A DNA stretch of 64,000 bases from contig OX597815.1 in the NCBI GenBank assembly GCA_951406725.2, positions 97,340,001 through 97,404,000 of the forward strand, in the 5' to 3' direction. Below, piece after piece: positions 14,613-29,029 of the stretch. The first letter of the stretch is position 1. Each line of letters begins with the position of its first letter. The stretch comes from Octopus vulgaris (Eukaryota). The position numbers and the translations under genes were made by a program. The notes under the pieces are model-generated. The model was not told the origin of the DNA. It saw only the letters and a program-made list of their open reading frames with translations, and ran no database searches.

Positions 14613-14756
<144 letters not shown>

Positions 14757-15449
14757 GGAGAGAGTGTGAGACAGGATGGGAGAAAAGGAGACATTGATCG
14801 TAGTATTTGAATATTAAAAATTGATATCTGCCAAAGGGATGAAACGAATATAATTTCGGCGGCACTGCAATTCATAGTGCAGAGCTCCAGCATATTTACC
14901 GCAAGGTATACATTTTGAATATTTAAAGGCGCACACAGATCGCTTGACATACATGCATTTTTTCTGCATTTATAATATATTTTACTACACATGTGTACCA
15001 TATTTGTTATTATTCCTATATAGCATAAATAACAATTTAAGCGAACATTTCTTTGCAAATACAACCACAGTCATTACATAGTCACATATTACAGAAACAT
15101 AATTCTAATTTTACAAAAAGCAATGCTAACTCATCGAAGATAAATGGGGAAATTCAAGAATACGGACGCGTCAATAGCTTTGTTCTTATAATTTCTTCTA
15201 TCGTTATGTCAACTCAACTAAAAACTGAAAGTGAGAAAATTGGAGTACGAACGGTGTTAAGATTCAACTACGAGTGGAGAAATATCATTCTATGTTGCAT
15301 GTTGCGCTTCTCTCTCCCTTGCACATATACAAACACACACACATACATGAGCACACGTTTATATAATTGAAATTTATTTATTTAGCATTCTTATTTCAGA
15401 CTCTTAATTATTATGAAATACCCCGTCACACACACAAACATACAGTCAC

Positions 15450-15540
<91 letters not shown>

Positions 15541-16899
15541 TGCACACAAACACAAAAGCAAAGGTAGGGAATCATATAGCATTGCTGGGCTCAGAGTGCT
15601 TTTTGTTATTGACTGTTATTGTCTTGATGATTGCTAATCACGTTACAGCTTCGTTATATATAGCCTAGGTACACACATACATACATAAATGTATATGAGT
15701 GTAAAAGAGAAAATTTACACATACATGTATTGCATTGATTAAAAAATAGTTTAAGTGCATTTATTTCTAGATAACATTATATTCAAATTCGTTTCTCTTT
15801 GACAATGTGTTTATGACGCAAATTATAGTCATAAAATCAATATTTTAATGGCTGCAAATGCTTTGATGTTTTTATTATCTACCCCTACTGGGATTATAGC
15901 CAATTATAAGCACTGGAATTTTTCCATGAATGGCCAAGCTAGAAAAAATTGCGTTATCAATGTTGTATAATTTTAAAACATTTGAAACCTTTAAAGGCAA
16001 TTTGCTTATTAATTATATTTTATTTCGGTTATCTTTTCTTTGTTACATACCGGAAATAAACATACAGACACAATACATATAAATATAGAAATACATATAC
16101 AAGCAAACATACACACCGACACACACGTATGTGTGTCTGTGTTTGTGTTTGCATGTATGCGCGCGCATGTGTGTGTGTTTATGTGTTTATGTGTGTGTGT
16201 GTGTGTGTGTCTGTGTGTGCATGCGTTTTGTCTCGTGGATTAGAAGGAAAATATGGTGTGTTCTCGAATCCATATGGGGTTCCTTATAATAGGTATTCGG
16301 TTAACATTATACAGGAATATAATTAATTTGCGAATATGTTTCAGGCATACGTTCGTGGAAACCTACATACACACATATACACACATCCATGAAAACACAC
16401 ACACGTACAGACATAACTATATACAAACACGTATAAACACACAGACACACACATACACATATATGTATGTATTTTTGTGCAAACGTCTATATATCTGTCT
16501 CTCTCCCTCTCTATGTGCATGTTTTGTGTGTGTGAGTGAAATATTTGCCGGAAATAATCTTGCTAAAACTTCAAGACTGCCGAAAACCTTTTGAATATAA
16601 TATCCTTGTTTTACAGTTGTGCACCAGAAGAAACAACACGTGCTTTGAAAATAGATATTTTAGGTCATTCTTTTAATAAATAGTCGAAAAGATAATGAAG
16701 ATTGCCATTTAGTAAAAAATCTAAACAAAATACGATTTTCCTTTGTAATCTCATCAGTAATTGCATCTTTGTTTAATATGCTGTCTAAGTTTTTGAAGTA
16801 AGCTGATGAGAAACAATCTGTAATATAGCTGATTAATAATAATTCTGAAGGCGGAAATACAGTCATTTTTTTACATTAATTAAGAAAAATAGAAAAGAT

Positions 16900-17157
<258 letters not shown>

Positions 17158-18515
17158 CAGTGGGGTCAGTGATTACTGATCACTGATCTTTGTACTGTAC
17201 CTGATAGCACTAAGACTGATTCTGGGAAAAGCAAAGGCTGGGAAAGCAAAGTCTTGTTATTCATGGATGACCTCAAATTTATGGTAAAGATGAAGCAGAT
17301 AAAAGAGACGGGCTATAATATTAGAAATGGATAAATTGATGGAGAAAGAAATGACAGAAAAAATTAAGCGGAGTTTTTCCGCAGACTGAGACTGATACTT
17401 AAGTCGAAATTAAACGGACGGAATAAGATTGAATCTATCAACACCTAGGTCGTTTCACTACATAGATATGGAGCAGGTGTAATCGTATGGACAGCAGGCG
17501 AACTAAGCAGCTTAGACAGAAAGACAATGAAGTTGCTAACTACATATGCGATACTCCACCTAAAAAGTAACACAAGCAGGCTGTATGTAGCAAGAAAGAA
17601 ACTGAGTGGATGCGAAGACAGCATTAGGACAGAAGTAAATAATGTAGCATGGTATATAAAAAATACCACAATAACGCTATTATTAGAAGTAAGAGGGTCA
17701 GGCTCGTATAGGGTGGATGATTACAAAGACAAAGCACTTACAAGCACTTGAGAATGAATGAAAAGGAAAATAGGTGGATAAAGAAAAGAATGCATGGACA
17801 ATTTCATAGAGATGTTGAAGATAAGACGGATAGTGAAATAAGATGACTATGGTTGACTAAAGGTGATTTTAGACCGGAAACGAACGCTCTAATATGTGCT
17901 GCCCAACAGCAAGCATTAAGGACCAATTACATCAAATACAGAATAGACAACACATTAGAAAGTGATAAACGCAGAATCTGTGGACAAAATGTTGAAGCCG
18001 TATGGCATATTACAAGCCAATGTACGCCATTAGCCCATAAAGAATATAATAGACGTCATGACAATAAAACAATGAGTGCCCATTGCAACATGTATGGACT
18101 TGACAGAGCAAAAAAGTGGTACGATCTTAAACCCGAAGTCATCATCGAAAATGATAATGCAAAGTTCCTATGGGATTTTATGATTCAGTGCGAACATGAG
18201 ATAGAGAATAGGAAACAAGACATAGTCTTAATTGAGAAAGAAAACAAACGATGCTGGATGATAGATATAGCATTCCCAGCTGACAACAAGGTATGCAAAT
18301 TAGGAGGAAAGAAAAGAGAGTAAAAATCTAGAAAAATACATGGAACAAATAGGGACTGCAATAAGGGTGGAACACTTGCAGATAACAGCACTGCTTGGAA
18401 CCGCTCGAATACGCCGGATGGTGCACGGCAATGAAGGGGTATTACTATAGTTCACTGGTAGTGAACAGGTGACACCGTAGTACATATCCAACGCTAGAAA
18501 CTGTGCAAAGACAAT
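17158..18515 (+). mobile_element. R4/Dong LINE copy A, 5'-truncated (RT end, CCHC finger, restriction-like endonuclease)
   Basis: LFMDDLK, KSKLNGRNKI, ETNALICAAQQQALRTNY, RICGQNVEAVWHITSQC..EYNRRHD, LWDF..RKQDIVLI..IDIAFP; ends in a TAA/TGA tail. Confidence 0.9.
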
Positions 18516-18559
18516 TAAATAATAATGATGATGATGATGATGATGGTGACGACGACGAC

Positions 18560-18595
<36 letters not shown>

Positions 18596-20030
18596 TGTTA
18601 TATCCTTGATCCCTCTTTTTGTAGTCCTATCCAAAGTCAACGCACACTATGAGCTGAGAAAGAATGAACCTCATTTCAACCACATTTTCTTTAGGAATGA
18701 TTTGAAACTGTTCGCAAAAACAGATTTTGAAATGGAGAGGCTGGTTAAGACTGTGCAGATGTGCCACAAGGTTATAAGGATGAAATTCGGTATCTCGATG
18801 TGTGCAGTGCTCACTTTGAAACGGCAAAATAGAGCAGGTTGTAGACAAATAAAATTGCGAAACGGAGAGAGAATGGAAGATCCGAATGATGATAGGTGCA
18901 TGTACTTTGGGTTCAATATCTTGCACAGAGAAATGAATGACAAGGTCAGCACTACATATTCAAATGTCTATTGAAATCAAAACTCAGCTGAAGGAACTTT
19001 GCGAATTCCATCAACTTACGGACTGTCAATGTAGTCCGCTATAGTGCACCCATCCTGAAACGGACAAAAGCGGAGATTTTTCCCAACTGGATCTCACTAC
19101 CCGAAAGACAATGACAATCCATGTACAAAGGCTGTATATGAAGAGGTGTAAAGGTGGACGTGGGCTAATAAGCGTACGAGAGTACATTAACAGTGAAAGA
19201 AAAAAAACATACTAGAATATTTTGTAAAGAGCAAACAAGACATGCTACAGGATGCTGCTAATGCAGAAGGATTTACAAAGAACGGACTTGAGAATGCTAA
19301 TGAATTCCGATTACGGATAGCTAACGAGAGGGATGAAATGCTGTTCCGCATGGGATGACATGGTTAGTTCTACCGTGGAACTAGCGATTTAAATGACCAA
19401 GAAGCATCATAGAGCTGGCTTAGCAGGGGTGACCTGAAAAGGAATACTGAAAGTCTGATCATCGCTGCCCGACCAGGCATTGTACACCAACTCAGTGAAA
19501 AATTATATATATCACACAAGTGCAATGAATCTCTGCAGAATGTGTGGGAAGAGAGTCGAAAGCGTGTCTCTGTTAGTTCTTGTGAAAGTCTTGCGCAGAA
19601 TGAGTACAAGCGCAGACACGACAAGTTAGCCCGAAACATTCACTGGCTACTAAGCCGCAAGAATGGATACGAGGTAGCGGGTACTTGGTATCAACATACA
19701 CTGCAAAAGTAATGGTCGAAAAGGGCTTTAACTTCCAAACAGATAAGATATTATAGCATAGAAGACCGGATATAGTAACATTTTGAGAGACCACCAAGAA
19801 TGTCTAATAACTGACGTAGCAGTGCTAAAAAAAAAACATATTATTAAGAAAGAGAGAAGATTGATAAATATGGATACCTGAGAATTGATATCGCGAAGAT
19901 GTAGAAGCTACGACAACAGAGACAAACATAAAGTTTGTCCCTGTTGTCATCGGAGCATTGGCTTCAATACCAGCCAACATGAAGAAACATCTGGAAACAA
20001 TACAATCTAGCTGTATTGTAAAAATCGACA
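18596..20030 (+). mobile_element. R4/Dong LINE copy B, 5'-truncated
   Basis: NHIFFRNDLKLFAK, MKFGISMCA, KGGRGLIS, LKRNTESLIIAA, EYKRRHDK, RRPDIV, PVVIGAL. Confidence 0.88.
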
Positions 20031-20400
20031 TCACTTGGACAGAAAAGATTGAAATGAATAGACTACTAAAAGACGAAGTTGTAATAATTGGACTATGAGG
20101 TGAATGTCTGTCATTCATGTAGTTCTAAGGGCATTCAGAGCACGAACAGTAAGGTTCGAGAAATATGTCAGAGAAATCGGAATTGACATGAGAGCAGAGC
20201 AAGCTCTAAAATCGTCTCTGACAGCTAAGATTTTGAGATTGGTAATTGGATGCTGAATGTCTCCCGCGATAATTAACAACCAGTTATCAAAGTTTATAAT
20301 GTACAGAATGAGATCCTTTGAGACTTCTGACAGCAGACTGCTCTCCGGTCTTACATAATCTATCAGAGCATACAAGTCAGAGTGCTCTGAGAAGTAAAAC
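20030..20400 (+). mobile_element. R4/Dong 3' end fragment (copy C)
   Basis: EKIEMNRLLKDE...VVLRA..FEKYVREIGI..TAKILRLV, 3' UTR, then a (CAA/TAA)n tail. Boundary with copy B is approximate. Confidence 0.65.
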
Positions 20401-20472
20401 AAAAACAACAACAATAACAACAGCAATAAGAATAAGAATAACAACAACAACAACAATAATAATAATAATAAT

Positions 20473-20850
20473 AAAGACAGAAAGAACATGCATGATAATC
20501 AACCTTGCATATCCTGCTGACACCAGGATCAAAGAGAAAGAAGGAAAACTGAACAAGTACGACATTAAGAAGTAGGAAATATGAAATTTGTGATTAATGA
20601 GGAAAATAGAAGTGATACCAATAGTAACTGGCGCACTTGAATGTATCAGCACTCAATTACCAATTTGGATGAAAACAACATGTGCAAATGTGAAGGCAGA
20701 ACACCTACAAAAATCAGCATTGCTTGGAACTTCAAACATTCTTCGCAGGGTTTTTGAAGCATGACCAGTAAACAAGTGTCACCTAAGTTACCTGGCTGTG
20801 AACAGCTGACACTTTCTGCCATACCTACCAAAATAAGCTGAGAGTTTTCA
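20473..20850 (+). mobile_element. R4/Dong 3' end fragment (copy D)
   Basis: KTERTCMIINLAYPADTRIKEKE..KY, VIPIVTGAL, QKSALLGTSNILRRVF; starts at a (TAA)n tract. Confidence 0.8.
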
Positions 20851-20851
20851 T

Positions 20852-21335
20852 GCAGTACCAGGCAGTGGCTTTCATGGCTTCTTATTTGACCTGATTGGAA
20901 GTGTTATCATGTACATTGTTTTGGCTTGGTATAAAACATGGGCTCAATACCACAGATTTGCTTGTCGGTTGTTTGACTTTAACCAGTTGGGCATGTCCCT
21001 TAGTGGCTGACGATGTGTGCATCTCTGATGAGGAATACAAGTAGTGGGATAGCATCATAGCCACGTGTTGAGAAGAATTCTTTGGGCTTTGGATAATTCA
21101 CCTCTGGAAACATGGGTGTTTTGTTTAACATCCTTAACAATCTCTTTTTCAGGGACCTTTTGAGCGGGATGGGTTACTCGACCTGAAGAGATGGTCATGC
21201 GCTGTTTATCTTGATATGAGATCACCATGTCGCACGTATATGGTTATGATGCATGTGGCTGAAGTGTCCTTATCAGACGGGTAGTCATGATGAGTATACT
21301 GGGCTTCGTATATTTTAACCTAGTGTGACTTTGTG
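20852..21335 (-). mobile_element. Unclassified non-coding interspersed repeat, copy 1
   Basis: Colinear with 35611-36020 (cagtacca..catggcttcttat..gattggaagtg..catgtcccttagtggctgacgat). Strand inferred from the (TTA)n tail of copy 2. Confidence 0.7.
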
Positions 21336-21627
21336 TGTGTTTATAAGTGTAGATGTGTACATACATTTAAACATATGCATGTATATGTGAATATGTATAT
21401 GACATGACGATCTCTCTATGCCGCACGATGAATTATCCAGATAAGTTTATTTCTAGCTAGCTGAATTTAATTGTTCATGAGGAGAATGGCGGTAATAGTA
21501 TTCAAATGCAGTGAAATGTCTTACAAATCAGTAGCAGATATCTTACTGGCCCCAAGTGATAGTACACACACCATTTCATTCAGGGGCAACGGTGATGTTG
21601 TCGAAGAAGGCATGGTATTGACACAAT

Positions 21628-21822
21628 ACGAGGTGGCAGAATCATTAGCACGCCGGGTAAAATGCCTATCCGCATTTCATTTGTCCTTACGTTCTAATTT
21701 CAAATTCCGCAAAGGTCGAATTTGATTTTACACCCTTCGGGTGTCAAAGGTCTAAGTACCAGATGTAAGCGACTTTCTCCCTGCGCCGAAATTGCCGGTT
21801 CTGTGCTAATATTTGAAACCAA
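21628..21822 (+). mobile_element. tRNA-derived SINE, family A
   Basis: ggcagaatcattagcacgccgggtaaaatg...ttcaaattccgc..ggtcga, homologous to 131-335. Confidence 0.8.
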
Positions 21823-23100
21823 TATTAATTTAGTTTGTGAATGTCATAATTTAGATTGCTTTATTTTGAAGAATGCGACGACGACAATACTTTAACTTGT
21901 AAGTCACAATTAGAGTTGAAGTGAAGCAACTCATGCAAACTAACTTGTAATTACTGAGGGAACGATGCCAAAATATGCGTGGAAACAATATATTTTCGAA
22001 AAGAAATTAAGAACATTCTCTGTTCCTTATATTCAATAATTCTTATTTCTTGAAAATTTGGAACACCAACTCCAACAAATCAAGCAGAGACCTCGTTAAC
22101 TACCAATAGGGCAAACATCAATCTAGATAGATTTTATTATCAACAAGTAAGTAGATGAAAAGTTGCTTATAAATGCTGTTTCTTTCCCTGATGACATTGA
22201 CAAAACGTCTAACTGCACTTATGGAAGTATAAAACAAGACAAAATAAAATTATGGTGTTCGTGGTTGTATCTTTCAATCTAAATATCTATCTATCTATAT
22301 ATCTATCTTGCAAGCTAGCTAGTTGGCCATGTGTGTGTGGTGGGGATGAACGTATATGCTGGGTGTATGGGTATGTATGTGAACATATTTTTTGTAAATG
22401 CATACCAGCAATTATATGTAAGAGAATATGATAGTATGTAAACCAGTAAAAAAAATTATATATGGGAGAAATAGGCAATAACTGCAATAATTATGCTGCT
22501 AAATACGTTTCTTCTTGAAGCTCAAGGGATTTAATCTAATCTGAATTTGGTGGTCAATATCCGCTTTCCTGTCTATTTCATTTCCTGTTTTGCCGCCCCT
22601 CAGGCATTCTTGAATTCTATATAATTCATTTTCTTAAGTTCTCTGCTTGCAATAGCCACCGGTCATATATATTTCATTAAACAACGAAATATGAATTAAA
22701 ACGTCAAGATACGTAAAGTGTTTCTGACAGCAAGACGAAGAAATTCATATATGATAAATTTCTACACTTGTGATCAGAATCTTGTGATATAAGATATAAA
22801 TAAGAAATTCAGGACTGCGATAAAATATGAGATATATAGGAATATGTAGAATAATTTAATAATTTGCATTTGAGTAGATGCATAATTCGGTTAGTTGCAG
22901 CTGTACAAGATTTTTTGTGTGTAGAAGAAATAATTTCAACTGAGCGCATTTTTTATTCTAGATGTTGCAAAATGTTTATTGTGCTGAAATACCTTAATTT
23001 TCTATGGCATGCACATACGGACGTATATACGTGCTGCGTGTGCACATACATACACACATACATAAACACACATACAAATATATATACATACATACATAAA

Positions 23101-23148
<48 letters not shown>

Positions 23149-23240
23149 CATACATATATACATATATGTATATGCATATATATACTCATACATACATATA
23201 TATATATTTATATATATACATATATATGTACATACATACA

Positions 23241-23276
<36 letters not shown>

Positions 23277-23345
23277 TGAATACAGATATGTATATGCACA
23301 TATATATATATATACATTTATGCATGCGCACATACACAAACACAA

Positions 23346-23381
<36 letters not shown>

Positions 23382-24004
23382 GCATAGGCTTACATAATTG
23401 CACTTGTTTAAACGAGCAAGATAGAATGTCAATACACTGTATAGAGAATAATTGGTTTATTCATCTGATTATTTTATTTCAAGTTTCACGAATATTCACT
23501 GAAACAAAAACTCAACATAACAAAAAGCTCACCATTTTCAAAGATGGTGTCTTTAATGCTGTAGTATGGAATTACTGCCTCTTGTGTGTAACACATCGAA
23601 CTTGATACAGATAAGGAGCAGTTATTTTTTCCGAACTACTAAGATCACTTTTCAAAAAGTGAGTAATGATTATATATTTTCTCATGTAATTCAATTAACT
23701 CTTGTTTCCATCTGTGGGTTCCTTGTAAAGCCCACGCTATAAAGCGAAATGTGAGCACACGTGACTGCTTTTAGAAATCAATCTTTGCTGGGACATTTGC
23801 CCTCTGAATTCGAAATCCACGTAGTAGAAAACGGAGGAGTTGCAACCTTATTTAAGCGCTGTATCTGCTCTAAATAAAAATAAGCTCAAGTTAACCACTA
23901 CACCAAAGCAAGATTGCAACTTTAACAGTCGATATCACAACACTTGTCGTCCGAATCTTAGATTTCACATACAGCGTATGTAAGAGAGTATGTGTGTGTT
24001 TTTA

Positions 24005-24268
24005 CCTTCAGCGGGCTGTGCGTGGTGTTCTTGAGCAAGACACAACACTTCATTTCACGTTGCTTCAGCTCACTCAGCTGTGGAAATGAGGTGTGACGCC
24101 ACCGGTGCCAAGCTATTTCCCTTCGATAACTTCGGTGACGTGGAGAGAGGAGGTTGTTCTGTATGGCCTAGTCTCCCATAAACAACCTTGCGGACTTGTG
24201 TCTTGGAGGGGAACTTTCTCGGTGCAATCCTATGGTCATTCATAATCGAAGGGGATTTTTACCCTTCT
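24005..24268 (+). mobile_element. SINE, 5'-truncated
   Basis: gtgttcttgagcaagacac...ttcacgttgct core shared with the 61124 SINE; distinct tail. Confidence 0.6.
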
Positions 24269-25759
24269 CAGGTTTTACGATCAAGGTACGTAAGAGATGC
24301 TCTTCACACTAATTACAATTGCAAAAATTGATGACTTGCTGTTCAAAAAGATGTTTACTATTGCAAATGTTTGTGGGGGTTATTTTCCCTCCACGGTGCA
24401 GATGACACGTATTTCCGATCTGCTAAGGATTTGATCCCTAAATATTGTAACATTTCAAGCTGGAACTGAATGCATGTTCTCTTAATCGACAGATCTAGTT
24501 GGTAAGTCTAGTCGTACTTCTATTTTCTTATTGAATTCAAACTACAAAATATGGTTGTAATATCACTTCCCTTTAATCACAACCTTCCATCACACATCTA
24601 TGATAAAAGAGTAAATCATACAGAGTTTCTATACATTTAGGTTGCAATTTATAAAGGTAATCTCTGTTTCTGCTGTATTGGACATATTTCGTAAGTATAC
24701 GTGAGTGTTTTAGCACGAGAATATAACATCTGTGAAATAACTTTATTATATTTATGTTTAGTTGGGATGTGCTTGCCAATTAAGGTTAGGATGGGATTTT
24801 ACGATATTAGAATTATCATGAACCGAAAATGGAGATGAGAACTGTATGATATTATGGTACCAATGAATACTCTATTGGAAAACCGATGAAATAGTTTAAT
24901 GCACACGCTAGAATGCAACCTTATTTTACTCTGACATAACTGATACCTCAAAATTCCATTAGGTATAAATAGACATAAATGTAAGTCGAATTCTTTGTTT
25001 CTGTTTATTTTTTTAAAATTTTACTATACTAGATGTCACTTATGATCCATCCCCTTGCTACCTGGAGTTTCGTGCTTTGGTAATTGATAAGATTTGGATA
25101 TACTACTTGTGAGGCATAACTACAATTGAAAGGCTACAATTTCTCAGTTGTTGAGGCTGGTTGTCTAACTTTTAACACGGTGAAATTGAAGTATAATATT
25201 CTTGCTGTTTAGCTTTAGATGTTACAATATAAAAAAAGAAGAAAAATCTTTCAGATATGACATGCAGTTTTCACTGTAGCTATTCAGTAACATTTAGAGT
25301 GTATCCACTGCCTGTCGAAGTCGGTGTGGAGATTGGAAGAATATTTAGAAATGTACAATGGTACACTGGCATGGAATGCTTTTCTCAAGAAATTGCTGCG
25401 TAAACTATAATCCAGAAAGATCAACAGAAGCAAGGGGGAAGTAATCGAATTTAAGCAATTATTTTCAAAATAATTGTAGACACACAAGCTTCTCCAGGGG
25501 TTTCATATCAGAAATAACGCAACACTTCAACGCAAATTACATTAAAGCCAGCTATGTTTGATTGGATAACACTCATTCTATGACCACATAATAACACAAC
25601 GTACATTTTTTCATAAAATTGGCTATGCAACCTTGCAAAGATGTAGCTGCGGACTGGAAAAAGACACGAAGATGATGGAATGAAAGAAATGGTTGTTGAG
25701 AGCAGCAGACAACGCCAGCCGATTGTTGCTTCTGGAAAACATTCTCCTTTTTTTCTAAC

Positions 25760-26750
25760 AAAACAAAATGAGGTATTGAACCTCTTACCTCAGTTCATAA
25801 AGTGGACGTAATTGCCCTTACAAATTGAGGCGCTGAGCCTCTTACATAAAATACAAATTCAAATATAAATACAAATTGAGGTACTAAGGCCTCTTACCTA
25901 TCCTCCCCGACTAGGTTATATGCCTCCCGCTGACAATCCTGCAGTTCCAAGTTGGAGCCCCAAAAAGCAAACATATATTGGTTCTTGGGAAACGAGTGTA
26001 TCACCCTGAACATATCATCCTCCACTATGACCTCCGAAGTTACCTGCGGAGGTCAATCAGAGTCTTCATTTCCAGGACAGGACCCCTCCCTCCGGTTTTC
26101 TAGCTTCTTCACAAAGCTCTGTACTGCCCCTCCTTTATGAAAGAAGATCACAGAATCATCCTTCATCACACTGGGAGGGGGCCACATTTTCCTCCGTCGG
26201 TGGCACAATATCCACCGACGAGGTTTCAAAACATGCCGGCAGTGTACAACTAACCGTCGTCTTCTTTTTTTCTCTCATGTGTGTAGTTCCTCCACTTTAT
26301 CTGGAGGATCTTCCCTCCCTCACGCAGCCTTGTGGTCCTTCGGTGGGTAACCATTGTTGCCCACCTTCTTCCTTTCTTCGAGGTCTCCATCTCTCCCTCC
26401 GAAGGAGGAAGAGGGTGCTACTTTTATTAACTGCTCCAGGACATTACTTTAGTCATGAGGACAGTTCGTCTTGATATGGCCCGGTTCCAGGCACAGGTGA
26501 CACTTGGAGAACGGGGTACTTCAAGTATGACTGGGTACCTGCAACCGGCCATTTTCAAAAAATCTGGAAATATGAGATCTTTAGCGGTTGATAGGGTCCA
26601 TATGGTCAAAACCGCTTTTGAACCCACCCAATCTGCGCCTGCAACAATTTCACATTTAAAATATTTTGCCCGATGCCACCCAGGCTCCGATGGCTACTGT
26701 CCTCTATCCATTCCGGTTCAATGTCCGGTGGCAGCTTACAGACACAAACT
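25760..26750 (-). mobile_element. Decayed gag/ORF1-like element with CCHC zinc knuckle (L1/Tx1-like)
   Basis: Minus strand KCHLCLEPGHIKTNCP (CX2CX4HX4C, 26461-26502), preceded by KLPPDIEPEW..FPDFLKMAGCRYPVILE and followed by purine-rich low complexity. Confidence 0.65.
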
Positions 26751-26779
26751 CCTGTTAATTTCTTCCCACAATATGTTGG

Positions 26780-27722
26780 AAGAAGCAGAATCTTATAGAA
26801 AATATCAAGTCAAACCCTAAAGCTTCCAAAATGATGGCTTCCTCACTGGAAACTCTATGAGAGTAAGTGAAATACTGAACAAACAGTTCCAGATTGTGAT
26901 CACTACTCTGTTGGAACACAGGCAAGTGAACAAACCAGATGAATTCTTTGCCACATTACCTAAAATCAAAAAGGTTAAAAATTGAGTACATAAACATTGA
27001 AGAAGAAGATGTAATACTGGTCATAGAAGAGGTTGACACAAACTCAGCGGCTGGCTCGGATGGTTTTCCAGCGGTCCTACTCGAATGATTGAAGAAAGCT
27101 CTTACAAAACCACTGCAGCTTCTCTTTCAGAACTTCCTTGCAAGTGGTAAACTCCCAGATAAACTGAAGGAAGGGATAATATACCCTATCCATAAGGGAG
27201 GAAGCTGAGAAAATGCTAAAAATTATGGGCCTATCTCTCTGACTTCATACATCAGTAAAATCATGGAACAAATAGTCTGCAAGAAACTAATCACGTTCCT
27301 AGAAGAAAATGACTAGCTGACTGACACCCATCATGGATTTCGTCCAGGTAGAAGCTGTCTTACATGGCTCCTGCAACACTACGACTGGGTGTTAAAAGTG
27401 CTGGTGAATGACTCAAGCGTGGATGTGATATATCTCGATTTTGCCAAGCCTTTGATAAAGTTTACGATGGTATAATATGTCACAAACTGCGCGATCTCGG
27501 CATATGCGGAAAATTTGGAGAATGGCTGCACAAGTTTCTAAAGGATAGACGTCAGGCAGTAGTGGCCAATGGAGCCACCTTCAAGAAAACGCAGATAGCA
27601 AATGGTGTTCCATAGGGCACTCTCTTGAGTCCACTGCTGCTCATAGTGGTCCTCTCAGCCATGCTTTCGGCTGCTCAGCTAGCCACCCTTGCTAGCTACG
27701 CGGATGACACAAAAGTCTCTCA
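26780..27722 (+). mobile_element. CR1-clade LINE RT fragment
   Basis: AAGSDGFP, PIHKGG..NYGPISLTS, HGFRPGRSCLT, DVIYLDFAK/FDKV, GVP*GTLL, YADDTK. Confidence 0.9.
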
Positions 27723-27889
27723 GATAATATATATAATTTAAATATTTCGATGCTTAGATCGGTCCCGAACCGAACTAGCCCGGGCATTGCCTAAATTAAT
27801 AACATAGTTTCAAAAATATATTTAATGATGTTTCATATTATAGTCGTTCTTTGGGCACCATAGCTAATGGGAATAAACCACCGACGCAG

Positions 27890-28075
27890 GAATTCACAAA
27901 AAATCAAAAAAACGAAGACAGGTGGTGTAGACAACAACCAGATGTATTAGTATAACGCTCGGGAATTGAACACGTCTTTAACGTTTTGAGACTACGCTCT
28001 TCCACAGAAAGGAACACAGAAAGAAACAAGGAGAGAAAAAAATGTGTCTCGTGGCTAGCGATCTACAATGGCGAA
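27890..28075 (-). mobile_element. Short Penelope pLTR-like repeat with degenerate hammerhead-like motif
   Basis: Minus strand cttt CTGTGGA agagcgtagtctc AAAA CG TT aaag; tail shared with 9500-9612. Confidence 0.55.
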
Positions 28076-28189
28076 TATATATGTGTGTGTGTGTATGTGA
28101 GGGTGTATACATTAATACACATTAGACACATGCACACACAGACTTATATACACACATACTTATCCACACACACACACACACACACACAT

Positions 28190-28220
<31 letters not shown>

Positions 28221-28224
28221 CATA

Positions 28225-28382
28225 TCCAACGGGATCATTTTCAGTTTCCCTTTTCTAAATCCACTCACAAGGCTTTGGTCAGCCCGGGTCTATAGTGAAA
28301 GCCGCTCGACCAAGATTCCATGGGACAGAATCCGGAGCTATGTGGGTGGGGAGAAAGCTGCTTATCACAGTCACTGTTCCTC
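28225..28382 (-). mobile_element. tRNA-derived SINE family B, 5' part
   Basis: ccactcacaaggctttggtc..ctatagt matches the head of the 54486-54883 SINE. Confidence 0.7.
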
Positions 28383-28981
28383 ACTCAGTTATTTTTTATC
28401 CAAAATTAGCCAAAGATACTGCTGAACAGAACATACATATTTGTTGAACTTAACTTCACAGGAAACACTTCCTTCAGTACAACCATTCTGTATACACTTG
28501 TTTTACATAACACGAAAATATGCATTATTACCACAGAGTAAATGCTGCTGACAGTCGTATGACAGGTGTGAGTGCTTTCCCTTATACTTTAGCTCTCAAT
28601 GCTGAAAGCAGTAATATGTCTGAAAATCTAAACGGCATCTCACCTACACCAAACAATTAGAATTTGACAACGTGTTTTCTCTTCGTCTCTTACACAGTTC
28701 ACTTAACCCTAAATTTTACCACTAAGCGAATATGTAACTGTTCCATCCCAACAAATCTTCACACACTCACAAATGATATTAATTTTTCCTCACAACTTGT
28801 CAGGCTGCAGGCTGTCATCTTCATGTATAATTCAAGGCAGATCGCACACTGGAGGAGAATTTGGTAAATATTTTAACTTGGCTTAGTCAAGAATATTTCT
28901 CTGAACATGAAGAACAATCTCTTGCCATTAGGATTATAATATGCTGTATATAATATAATATGGTATATGAGTGTTTTTGTT

Positions 28982-29019
<38 letters not shown>

Positions 29020-29029
29020 TGTCAATCTT

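Noticed and set aside
22185-22215. CTGATGA...AAACGTC
   Set aside because: Stems I and II do not pair.
25763-25897. Repeat-spacer pattern resembling CRISPR
   Set aside because: Eukaryotic context, three imperfect units, no cas genes; reported as a stem-loop array instead.
28804-28863. Possible exon (R)LQAVIFMYNSRQIAHWRRI resembling the iGluR RLQ motif
   Set aside because: Similarity ends after four or five residues, the donor is weak and the phase does not join the 37079 exon.
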